From an uncultured delta proteobacterium (GTDB lineage Bacteria; Myxococcota_A; Polyangia; Polyangiales; JAFGIB01): a DNA stretch of 64,000 nucleotides. The translations under genes were made by a program, and so were the position numbers. Each line of letters begins with the position of its first letter. The first letter of the stretch is position 1. The notes under the pieces are model-generated. The model searched no databases. It was not told the origin of the DNA and saw only the letters and a program-made list of their open reading frames with translations. The stretch is from contig CAVZVA010000010.1 in NCBI GenBank assembly GCA_963778655.1, positions 416,001 through 480,000 on the forward strand. Direction: 5' to 3'. This document shows, piece after piece, positions 18,528 through 27,300 of the stretch.

Positions 18528-19756
18528 AGCTGCAGCACCGTAGCCAGGCTGACCTCGAGTGCCCGGATCTGGCTCAAAGGGATGAAGTCGCTGTAGAGAT
18601 AGAGCGAAGGCGCGACCGAGAGCATCAGCCGCAAGCGCTTGGTGGGGTCGAGCTGGAACACATGCTCTAGGTCCAGGGCCACGTGGTGGGCCATGAAGGG
18701 CGAGAGCTTCTTGTCGTTGGTGTAGAAAGTCAGCGTGTCGGATTGATAGCGGGAAGCATACTGGGAGGCCGCGCTCTGCAGGTAGAAGCGATAGCGCAGC
18801 GACAGCACGGTGTCGGGCTCGGGCAAGAACGACACCTCCGCCATCGCCGTGTGCGATATCAGGCTCCAGTCGTCGATGTAGAAGCGGTAGCCCAGGCCGA
18901 CCGAGAAGTGCTTGCCGAGCGCGCGCCTGCCGCGCAGCGCGGCGGCGTGGCGCAGCCGCGACTCCGGATTGGCCTCCGGGATACAGTACATCGCGCTCGC
19001 CGGCGTGTCGGCATGGCAGAAGTTGTCAGTGCCCTGGATGCCGACGAAGCGGTAGGGGCTCGACAGGTACCCGTGGGCCTGGCTCAGCTCGTAGATCCCC
19101 TGCACCAGCGTTCGTTGGTCGAGGATCTGGGTGAAGGCCAGCCGTGCGCTGAGGTTGCGGGCGGCGCGGGCGAAGCCCGGATCGCCGGCGCGGCCGACGG
19201 TGTCGAACAAGGCGTTGAGCTCGAGGTTCGCGGTGGCGCTCTTGTCGGCGAAGTCGCGCGACACGCTGAGCGTCCCGCCGTGCGACTCGTAGTCGGGCTC
19301 CTTGGAGTAGCGGTAGGCGCCGCTGAGGCTCATCGCGTCCCAGTCGTGCGCGACCTGCACGTGCATCTCGTCGCGCTGCTCGGTGATCGGCTTGGACGCG
19401 GAGGCGCGAATGTCGATCGACGCGCTGGTCCACACGTCCATGGTGTAGACGACGTCGACGCGGGTGGCGTCGGCAACGGGTGCGGCCACGTGCAGGCGCG
19501 GCGCGATCACCGTGGTGCTGTCCGAATCGGTACGTACGTAGACGGCGGTGCCGGCTTCCGTGCCGACTTCCTGCGCGGCCGCCCGCAGCGGCAGCAGCGC
19601 GACGCAGACCAGCGCGAGCCAAGCCACGGCCCGTGGCGCGCAGCACGTCCAAGCGGACAGGCGCAGCTCGGGCGCGCGCCCCGCGCGCCTGCGGTCCGAG
19701 CGCGCGCTCGAGCTCGCCGCAAAAGCGCGCGGCGCGTTGCGTGAAACGCTCGCCAC
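18524..19756 (-). CDS. DUF3570 family outer-membrane beta-barrel
   Basis: DVWTSASID, YSKEPDYESH, GYLSSPYR, YRFYIDDW, LRYRFYLQSAA; start uncertain (ORF extends to 19915 through a MITE). Confidence 0.85.
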   Translation of the reverse strand: MASVSRNAPRAFAASSSARSDRRRAGRAPELRLSAWTCCAPRAVAWLALVCVALLPLRAAAQEVGTEAGTAVYVRTDSDSTTVIAPRLHVAAPVADATRVDVVYTMDVWTSASIDIRASASKPITEQRDEMHVQVAHDWDAMSLSGAYRYSKEPDYESHGGTLSVSRDFADKSATANLELNALFDTVGRAGDPGFARAARNLSARLAFTQILDQRTLVQGIYELSQAHGYLSSPYRFVGIQGTDNFCHADTPASAMYCIPEANPESRLRHAAALRGRRALGKHFSVGLGYRFYIDDWSLISHTAMAEVSFLPEPDTVLSLRYRFYLQSAASQYASRYQSDTLTFYTNDKKLSPFMAHHVALDLEHVFQLDPTKRLRLMLSVAPSLYLYSDFIPLSQIRALEVSLATVLQL

Positions 19757-19811
19757 TACGATCCTTGAGGCCGGCTGATCTGCACGATGAGTCGTCCGAG
19801 GCGCGGCCCCG

Positions 19812-19994
19812 CTAGAGCACCGAACAGGTTGAAGCCGCAAGAGCTCCGAGCATTTCGCCGCAGGCGCGCGCGCGCCCGGACGACCGACCCGAGCAATGCT
19901 CGATGCATTTCGCACGGTCGGGCCGAGGACGAAAGCCGCGTAGGTGGGAAAAGACGAAGGAAATCATAGGCACTCGACCTGATCGGTGCTCTAG
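19812..19994. mobile_element. MITE-like element, CTAGAGCACCGA TIR family, distinct interior
   Basis: CTAGAGCACCGAACAGGTTGA ... TCGACCTGATCGGTGCTCTAG. Confidence 0.75.
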
Positions 19995-19995
19995 G

Positions 19996-20802
19996 TCATG
20001 GCTGGCCGGAGGGCATGTAGCTGATCTTCAGCCCCGCGTGCGGCGGTTTGTCCGGTGGCGCGAGCATCTCCGGCTTGGGCCCCTTGTGGAACTCGTACAT
20101 CGCCAGAGGGCCATAGTTCAGCTCGGTCTCGGTCACCTCGATGAAGAGCTCGTAGGTTCCGTCCGGCGCGAGCGTGCCTTTGAAGTCCTTGCCGTTCCAG
20201 ACGTCGTGGTGCGGCGTGCCGTGGGTAGCCAGGGTCGCGCCGGTCATGGCGTCCATCTCCGGCCAGGCCGAGGTGCACGCGTGCGCTTTCCAGCGATACA
20301 GCGAGCCCGCGCGCAGCGCCGCCCAGCGCTCGAGCGTCTCGACGTACACGCCCGAGGCGTCCTCGATCCAGACGGCACCCACGTTCGCCGGGCCCCAGCG
20401 CTCGCCGATCGGGGTGGTGGTGAAGTCGACAGTCAGCGTGCCGGGCGTGCCGGCGTCCGCGCTGACGCCCACGCAACGATCGCCGGTCGGGTCCTCGACC
20501 GACGCGTCGACGCCGGCGTCGGGCGTGGTGAGCTGAGTCGCGCCGAGCGTGCTGCCGGGCGTGTACAGCCCGACGTTCAGGTCCTGCGCGGCGCCCGTGT
20601 TGGGATAGAGGGGCATGCCGGTATCGGCGCTGCACGCTGCAGCGGCGAAGAGCAGCCCGCCACACAGGACCTGCAGCACGCGCCGCCACGGCGAGCAATC
20701 GCCCGGCAGCGGCCCCCGCGGCACATCAGGGCCGCGACCGAGGCGCCAAAGCGGCGGGGGCCCTGCGCAGTACCCAGATCCGTTTCGGCGCGCCGCGCTC
20801 AT
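19996..20802 (-). CDS. DUF2271 family lipoprotein with predicted FMN attachment motif
   Basis: AVWIEDASGVYVETL, DAMTGAT, WNGKD..G...PDGTYELFIE; lipobox AAAC. Confidence 0.85.
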   Translation of the reverse strand: MSAARRNGSGYCAGPPPLWRLGRGPDVPRGPLPGDCSPWRRVLQVLCGGLLFAAAACSADTGMPLYPNTGAAQDLNVGLYTPGSTLGATQLTTPDAGVDASVEDPTGDRCVGVSADAGTPGTLTVDFTTTPIGERWGPANVGAVWIEDASGVYVETLERWAALRAGSLYRWKAHACTSAWPEMDAMTGATLATHGTPHHDVWNGKDFKGTLAPDGTYELFIEVTETELNYGPLAMYEFHKGPKPEMLAPPDKPPHAGLKISYMPSGQP

Positions 20803-21839
20803 CGCGACACCCCCGCACGACGGCGCATCAGCACCAACCAGAGCAAGATCGCGGCGACTGGCGGCAGCGTCCTGTGCGCCGGCACCCCGGGCGTGGTGCC
20901 CGCGCTGCAACCGCCCTGCAGCTTGGATTCGTACAGCGCCGCGCCCGACGTCGCCGGCATCAGGGGCAGCTTCACCTCGCGCACCGAATCGTTCTCCGGC
21001 GTGCCGGAAAGCTGATCGGTGGCCACGAAGCCCGCGGAGAACCAGATCGGGCCCTGCCACTGTGCAGGCGCGGTCCAGCGAAAGTCGAGCTCCCGCGCAC
21101 CGCACGAGCGCACGGTCAGCAGACAGCGAAAGCCCAGGTGATTCGCGTCGCAGTGGGTGACGCTGGGCGGCATGGTGGCTTGGGTCGAGCCCGGCGCAGG
21201 TCCGGGCTTGACGCTGTACAGGTCCATCGCCAGCATGCCCGCGGGCAGCTCGCAGATCTCGCCCGGCACGGCGTTCTTGCGGTCGATGTCGATCGTGCCC
21301 GAGGCCGTCCCCTGCTCGGCCAAGAGCTCGGCCACCACGCCCATGCTGGGCGCGAGCATGGCCTGGCGCAGCGCGGCGGCGTTGCTCGCGAACTCGGGCC
21401 AGGTGAGACGCACGTCATACGTGGCGCCCGGCACGTAGCCCGCAGCGGGCAGGCCTTCGACGTAGAGCGGATACTGCTGCTGCGTGGGAGAACCAGTGTG
21501 GCACACGCTGCAGCCGTAGCCTTCGGCGGGCGAGCCGGTGAACCAACGGCCGCCGCCGCCCCCACCGGCTGGATCGGACGGATAGTAGGCCGGCTCGGAG
21601 AATGCGAGCACACGGCTGGCGCCGAACGCGATGATCCAGAAACACGCGGCCGCGGCACACGCTCGCCCGAACGATTCAAGACACCACACCGGCAGACCTA
21701 CAGCGCTATTCGACACGTGCGCTCGGCACACGCCGAACCGTGTCTCCTTGCAATAGTCCGGGGGGCCCTCGCAGGTCAACGGGGTGGGGAACGGAAAGCG
21801 CGGCAACGACACGCCCGTACCCGCGGGAAATGTCCCCAA
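20799..21839 (-). CDS. exported Reeler-like protein with CxxCH and MYXO-CTERM-like tail
   Basis: FTGSPAEGYGCSVCH; GYVPGATYDV; FRWTAP; C-terminal GGCSA...ILLWLVLMRRR; start uncertain. Confidence 0.65.
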   Translation of the reverse strand: MGTFPAGTGVSLPRFPFPTPLTCEGPPDYCKETRFGVCRAHVSNSAVGLPVWCLESFGRACAAAACFWIIAFGASRVLAFSEPAYYPSDPAGGGGGGRWFTGSPAEGYGCSVCHTGSPTQQQYPLYVEGLPAAGYVPGATYDVRLTWPEFASNAAALRQAMLAPSMGVVAELLAEQGTASGTIDIDRKNAVPGEICELPAGMLAMDLYSVKPGPAPGSTQATMPPSVTHCDANHLGFRCLLTVRSCGARELDFRWTAPAQWQGPIWFSAGFVATDQLSGTPENDSVREVKLPLMPATSGAALYESKLQGGCSAGTTPGVPAHRTLPPVAAILLWLVLMRRRAGVSR

Positions 21840-21872
21840 AATGGATGCGCTTGACGAGCTCGAGGGCCGCGG

Positions 21873-22913
21873 CTACCCGCCGGTGGCGCGCAGCACGCCG
21901 CTGCGGCGCGCCGGGATGCCGTCGAGGCAGCCGGAGAGCCCCTCCAGCACCTTCTTGGCTGCGCGCGGGTCGGCGATCGGGTTGATCACGCAGACGTCAA
22001 CCCCTTGCTCGCCGTAGGCACGCACGCGCGCGCGCACGGTGTCAGCGTCGCCGATCACGGCCATGGCCTCGCACAGCCCGTCGCTGACGGCCGCGGCCAC
22101 GCCCGCGCGGTCGCCCTTGGCGTAGCGCTCGCGGATCTCGCGCGCCTCCTGCTGATAGCCCATCCACTCGAAGGCGCGGTTGTAGCCGGGCGTCGCGGCG
22201 TAAGCGCCGAACACGTTGCGGATCAGGTTTCGGCCGACCGCAGCGTCGTCGACCATCACCACGTGAAGGCGGCTGACCACCTCGATCGCGCCTGGATCGC
22301 GGCCCGCAGCCTCGGCGCCCGCGCGTACCGCGCCGAGCAGCTGGGGCAGCGCCTTTTCCGGCACCATGTTCAGGATCACGCCATCGCACAGCGCACCGGC
22401 CATGCGCAGCATCTGCTCGTTGAGGGCGCCGAGGTAGATCGGCACCGTGCCTTGTACGGCCCCGCCCAGCTTGAAGCGTTTGACGTGCAAGGTCTGTCCG
22501 TCGTAGTCGACGCGCTCGCCGCTGAGCGCTTTGCGCAGCACCTCCACGTGCTCGCGCATGCGCGTGAGCGGCTTGTCAAAGGGTTGGCCGGCCCAGTCGC
22601 GCACGATGTTCGGCGAGGAGAGGCCCAGGCCGAGCACGAATTTGCCGCCTGTCAGCTGGCTCAGCGTCATCGCCGCCATCGCGTGCACCATGGGCGTGCG
22701 CGTCTGCGCCGGCACCACGGCGGTCCCGATGCGCATCCCAGGCAGGCCCACGGCGAGCGCGCCGGCCAGGGCGTAGGCGTCGCCCCCGCTGACCTCGGCC
22801 AGCCACAACTCCTCGTAGCCACGCTCGCGCGCCGCCCGTGCCATCTCCACCGCCCCCTGCGCGCCGCCCAACGGCAGCGTCAGACCCAACCGCGGACTGT
22901 TCGTCGCTTCCAT
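21873..22913 (-). CDS. LLM-class (luciferase-like) flavin/F420-dependent oxidoreductase
   Basis: GYEELWLAE, IGTAVVP, GKFVLGLG, PIYLGALNEQMLRMAGALCDG. Confidence 0.9.
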   Translation of the reverse strand: MEATNSPRLGLTLPLGGAQGAVEMARAARERGYEELWLAEVSGGDAYALAGALAVGLPGMRIGTAVVPAQTRTPMVHAMAAMTLSQLTGGKFVLGLGLSSPNIVRDWAGQPFDKPLTRMREHVEVLRKALSGERVDYDGQTLHVKRFKLGGAVQGTVPIYLGALNEQMLRMAGALCDGVILNMVPEKALPQLLGAVRAGAEAAGRDPGAIEVVSRLHVVMVDDAAVGRNLIRNVFGAYAATPGYNRAFEWMGYQQEAREIRERYAKGDRAGVAAAVSDGLCEAMAVIGDADTVRARVRAYGEQGVDVCVINPIADPRAAKKVLEGLSGCLDGIPARRSGVLRATGG

Positions 22914-22966
22914 GGCGGCGAAGGTAGTCGCTTTCGTCGGCGAGGTGAACCGGTGAAACGGGAAGG

Positions 22967-23145
22967 GATTCACTCCGTTGGGGCGGGGCCGCGTTGCGGC
23001 GTGCCGACCATCGCACCGCGCTGCGCTCAGGTCCGCCGGGGTGAATCGCGGCTTCGCCCCGAGAGGGGGGCGCAGCTCCCCTGCGCGTGGGGTGGGGCCC
23101 CAACGGATTCACTCCGTTGGGGCGGGGCGGCGCGTGCCGCCCCGT
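22967..23145. repeat. REP-like palindromic element with 23-bp direct repeats
   Basis: GGATTCACTCCGTTGGGGCGGGGC at ~22967 and ~23106; hairpin GCCCCAACGGA-TTCAC-TCCGTTGGGGC; supplies the oppC-like stop. Confidence 0.7.
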
Positions 23146-23945
23146 GCAATTCGCGGATCGAGCAGGTCGCGCAGGTAGTCGCCGGCCAGGTTGAAGCCGA
23201 GCACCGTGACCGCGATCGTGCCGCCGGCGATCAGCGCAACGTGGGGGAAGCGCAGCAGCACCGCGCTGCCCTGGTCGAGCAGCGCGCCCCACGAAGCCGC
23301 CGCACCGGGGCCCAAGCCCAAGAACGACAGCGTCGCTTCGGCCAGCACCGCACCACCGAGCGCCGAGGTCGCCTGCACCAGCAGCGGGCCCAGGGTGTTG
23401 GGCGTGATATGGCGCCACAGGATCTGCGCCTCCGACGCGCCCAGCAGGCGCGCGGCGGCCACGAACTCGGTTTCGCGCAGTACCAGGGTCTGCGCCCGGG
23501 CGATGCGCGCGAACAGCACCCAACCGTTGGCGCTCAGCGCGAGGATCACGTGCGGGACCCCGGGCCGCGCGACCAGCGCAAGGATCGCGATGTTGAGCAC
23601 CACCGCGGGAAAGGCTTGCACCAGGTCCGCGAGGCCGCTGATCACATGGTCAGTGCGGCCGCCCCGATAGCCGGCCAGCGCGCCCAGCGTCGCCCCGAGC
23701 AGCAGCGAGAGCCCGACCGAGCACAGCGCGATCTCACCGGAAAGCCGCGCGCCGTACAGCAGCACGCTGAGCACGTCGACACCGTTGTCGCCCGTGCCGA
23801 GCCAATGGCGCGCGCTGGGCGAGCCGTACTGGGCGTGCAGGTCGATCTGGGCGGGCGAATAGGGTGCCAGCGCCGGACCGAACAGCGCGAGCAGCGCGAA
23901 CGCCGCCACCACCCAGACCGCCGGCGGCGGGGCCGCGCGCCTCAC
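23109..23945 (-). CDS. oligopeptide/dipeptide/nickel ABC permease (OppC/DppC family)
   Basis: HWLGTGDNGVDV..LLYGARLS; EFVAAARLLGAS; AEATLSFLGLG; GTGA overlap with upstream permease. Confidence 0.92.
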   Translation of the reverse strand: MRRAAPPPAVWVVAAFALLALFGPALAPYSPAQIDLHAQYGSPSARHWLGTGDNGVDVLSVLLYGARLSGEIALCSVGLSLLLGATLGALAGYRGGRTDHVISGLADLVQAFPAVVLNIAILALVARPGVPHVILALSANGWVLFARIARAQTLVLRETEFVAAARLLGASEAQILWRHITPNTLGPLLVQATSALGGAVLAEATLSFLGLGPGAAASWGALLDQGSAVLLRFPHVALIAGGTIAVTVLGFNLAGDYLRDLLDPRIARGGTRRPAPTE

Positions 23946-24892
23946 GTCAGCCTCACACGCGGATCGATCACGCCGTACAGCAGATCGAGCAGCAGGTTGA
24001 CGCCGACGTAGATCACCGCGATCACCAGCACGCAGCCCTGCACCACCGGGATGTCGCGGTCGAAGAACGCCTGCAGGAACAGCGTGCCGAGGCCCGGGCG
24101 CTCGAAGATCTTCTCCGCGATCACCGCACCGGAGAGCAGCGCGCCGAGCTGCGCGGCGGCCACTGTCAGCACCGGCAGCAGGGCGTTGCGCAGCGCGTGC
24201 ACGAATAGCAGCGACAGGGAGGGCACGCCGCGCGCACGCGCCGCCAGGATGTAGGGCTCCGACAGCACGTCGATCAGCGCGGCCCGGGTCTGGCGGGTCA
24301 GCACCGCGCACAGCGCAGTGCCCACCGTGAACGCAGGCAGCAACAGGGCGAGCGGTTGCGTGGGATCGTCGCCGGGCAGCGGCAGCAGGCGCAGCTCCAC
24401 GCCGAACGCGAGCACCAGCAGCGGGCCGAGCCAGATGTGGGGAATGGCGATGCCGAGCATGGCGAAGCCGCTGGCGGCCTTGTCCCAGCCGCGGCCGCGG
24501 CGCACGGCGGCGAGCACGCCGAGCGGCAGCGCCAGCGCCAGCGCAAACAGCAGCGATGCGCTCGCCAGCGTCACGGTATAGGGCAGCGCCTCGCCCACCA
24601 GCTCGGCCACGGTGCGCTGGCGGGCGCGAAACGAGTGGCCGAGGGTTCCGTTCAGCACGTCGGCGCTGAACGCCGCGTACTGCTCCAGCAGCGGGCGGTC
24701 GAGCCGCAGCGCGGCGCGCAGCGCCACCCGATCCTCGGGCGCGGCCTGATCGCCGAGGATGGCGTCGACCGGATCGCCCGGCAGCAGGTGCACCAGCAGG
24801 AAGACCAGCGTGACCACGCCCCAGACGGTGGCGGCGGCACGCCCGGCCCGAAGCACCAGGTAGCGCAGGAAGCCCGACGGCATCGAGCGCAT
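23942..24892 (-). CDS. oligopeptide/dipeptide/nickel ABC permease (OppB/DppB family)
   Basis: LLPGDPV; YILAARARG; HALRNALLPV; EKIFERPGLG; DLLYGVIDPRVR. Confidence 0.93.
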   Translation of the reverse strand: MRSMPSGFLRYLVLRAGRAAATVWGVVTLVFLLVHLLPGDPVDAILGDQAAPEDRVALRAALRLDRPLLEQYAAFSADVLNGTLGHSFRARQRTVAELVGEALPYTVTLASASLLFALALALPLGVLAAVRRGRGWDKAASGFAMLGIAIPHIWLGPLLVLAFGVELRLLPLPGDDPTQPLALLLPAFTVGTALCAVLTRQTRAALIDVLSEPYILAARARGVPSLSLLFVHALRNALLPVLTVAAAQLGALLSGAVIAEKIFERPGLGTLFLQAFFDRDIPVVQGCVLVIAVIYVGVNLLLDLLYGVIDPRVRLT

Positions 24893-24912
24893 TGTAGTGA
24901 ATAACGTCGCGA

Positions 24913-26397
24913 TCAGCCCGCGGCGGGCTGGGGCGTCTCGACCGCGGCCCGCGGCTGCTCGCCCGCGAGCGGCGCGGCGGCGGGCGTCCGGCGCTCGCGC
25001 AGCGCGTGCTGGATCTCGGCGTGGCGGCGCCGGTCGATGCGGTAGCGAGCGTAGAAGAACACAGCGAGCAGTGCCGGCAGCGAACCGAGCGGACCGTCGA
25101 GCAGGCCGAGCTTGAAGAGCACGTCGGCGGCGACGTGGCCGGGCTTGGCGGCATGCGGAAAGTGGATCAGATCGATGGCCAGCCCGGCGAGCACCGTTCC
25201 GAACGCCGAGGTCATCTTGGCCAAGAAGGTGCGCGCGGCGAAGAAGATCCCCTCCTGGCGCTGCCCGGCTTCCAGCTCGTACTCGTCGGCGACATCGGCG
25301 AGCGCCGAGAGCACGCTGATCTGCAGCACCGCGACCGCGCCGTAGAACAGGAACGTGAACAGGAACAACACGCCCACCAGGGCCGGGCTGCCGTTGGGCG
25401 GCATATGGCCGAGCATGCGCGCCACGATCGGGAAGGTGGCCGCGAACACCATGCCGAGGGCGGCGCCGACGATGGCAGCGCGCTTGTCGAAACGCGCGTG
25501 CAGGTGCGCGGTCACCACGAAGGCGATCAGGAAGGCCGGCGGCGAAGCCAGGCCGAACACGCGGATCTTGTCCTCGGGCAGCCCCCAGTAGAACAGGCTC
25601 ATGTAGGAGCTGATGGTCTCGCGGGTGCCGAGAGTAGCGCCCAGCAGGATGAGCCCGAGCAGCAGCGCCAGGTAGTTACGGTTGCTGAACGAAGCCGTGG
25701 TGGCGGAAAGCAGCTCGCGCAGTGTGAAGCGGCGTGGTCCGGGCGGTGCTTGCACCAGCCGGGGGATCTGGTCGCGCGTGAAGTGGGCGCAAAGCAAGAT
25801 GGTGGCGGCCGCAAACAGGCCGACACCGATGCCGATGCCGGGATAGGCGGCTCGTGCGCCGGTGCCTCCGTGGACGTGGCCGAACCAGGTCCAGCCGTAG
25901 AAGAACGTCCCGGCGCCGCCGATGACCCCGAAGATGCTGTTGTAGCTCATCACCACCGAGCGCTCGCGGTAGTCGGTGGACAGCTCGGCACCGAGCGCCA
26001 AGTGCGGCACCTGGTACAGCGTGAGCGACTGGCGGAACAGCACGGAGAACAGCGTGAATCACAGGAACAGCGGCACGCCGTGCAAGCTGCTGGGCGGCGC
26101 ATAGATCAGGTAGAACGAGGCGGCCAGGGGCAACGCGGCCACATACAAGAAGGGGTGCCGCCGCCCCAACGACGAGCGCCAGCGATCGGAAATGAAGCCG
26201 ACTACCGGATCGACGATCGCGTCGAGCACCAGCGAGGAGGTGACCGCCAGCCCGCACAGCGTGCCCGAGAGCCCGAGCACGTTGTTGTAATAGAGGAACG
26301 CCCAGGTGTTGAAAGCGATCCAGACCGCCGCCTCGGCCGATGCGCCCACGCCGAAGGCGAGCTTGGTGCGCATCCGGAGCCGGTCGGCGGTGCTCAT
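24913..26397 (-). pseudogene. GPH/MFS_2 family symporter interrupted by one in-frame TGA (26059-26061)
   Basis: DAIVDPVVGFISDR..SSLGRRHPF, then CTG TTC CTG TGA TTC ACG continuing in frame into LYQVPHLALGAELSTDYRER...GQRQEGIFF. Confidence 0.8.
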
Positions 26398-26417
26398 GTC
26401 ACGGCGCCCGGCTCAGC

Positions 26418-27260
26418 TCAGTGGCCGGCGTCGGGCGTACCCCCGTCAGGCGTGCCGCCGCCGCCTCCGCAGTCGCTTGCGCACATCGCCACGCAGCCGC
26501 CGGCCGCCGTCGCGCCGGTGCCACCCTTGGCGAGGAAGTCGTTGCAGTTGGTCGTGAGGCAGCTGATGTTCATGTCCATCACGAAGGTGGGGCACTTGAG
26601 CGCGATGCACTGGATCAGGCCCCAGCAATTCTCGTCGCACACGCTCATCACGACGTTCTTTCGGCAGTCGTCGCTGATGTTGCAGACGCAGGTCTTGCAG
26701 GAATCGGGAACACCTGAGTAGACGTTGTCGGCGCACATCTTGACGGCCGGGTTGTCGAGCGGATTCGGGTTGCCGATCGTGATCGTCACCGTGCTCGGAT
26801 CGCTCACCCCGCCCCGGTCGTCGATCACCCACAGCACGAAGGTCCACGTGCCCTCTCCCAGCTTGACCGTCGGCTTGGCCACGTCGTCCGGCCAGTTGGG
26901 CATCTCACCGTCGGGAACGTAGCGGCCACCGGCGTTCGTGACCTTCACGCTCCCGTCCGGCAGGGTCTTCTCGGTGGAAAGGTTGCCCAGGCCGCCGTCC
27001 GGCGGCACCGGATTGCCGCTGAGCCAGCGGTAGGTGACGATCGCGCCGTCCATGTCATCCGAGCCGCTACCGTCCAGGGTGACCTCGACGTCCTGACCGC
27101 TGTAGTCGAACTGCGCCGACCTGGCGGCTTTGCCGTCGGGGCCGATCACCTGCGCAAGGGCGGTCGGCGTGCGGTTGGGCGTCATCACCAGGCGGCTCTC
27201 GCGGCACGCCGTAGCAAAGCCGAGGGCAAGGGCCAGGACGAGCAGTCTCTTGGGGCTCAT
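26418..27260 (-). CDS. lipoprotein with PKD-like domain and Cys-rich C-terminus
   Basis: Lipobox ATAC; VTLDGSGSDDMDGAIVTYRW, FVLWVIDDRG; multiple Cys; RBS GGAGA. Confidence 0.75.
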   Translation of the reverse strand: MSPKRLLVLALALGFATACRESRLVMTPNRTPTALAQVIGPDGKAARSAQFDYSGQDVEVTLDGSGSDDMDGAIVTYRWLSGNPVPPDGGLGNLSTEKTLPDGSVKVTNAGGRYVPDGEMPNWPDDVAKPTVKLGEGTWTFVLWVIDDRGGVSDPSTVTITIGNPNPLDNPAVKMCADNVYSGVPDSCKTCVCNISDDCRKNVVMSVCDENCWGLIQCIALKCPTFVMDMNISCLTTNCNDFLAKGGTGATAAGGCVAMCASDCGGGGGTPDGGTPDAGH

Positions 27261-27300
27261 GGCGGTCTCCTGAATGCGCGAGCGAGCGGTCATGGTGGCC

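Noticed and set aside
19757..19915. Long N-terminal extension of DUF3570 as real protein sequence
   Set aside because: It runs through the MITE; a downstream start is more plausible.
26059..26061. Selenocysteine or genetic-code reassignment
   Set aside because: Position fits Trp in a TM helix, no SECIS-like hairpin is evident downstream, and TGA ends many other genes here.
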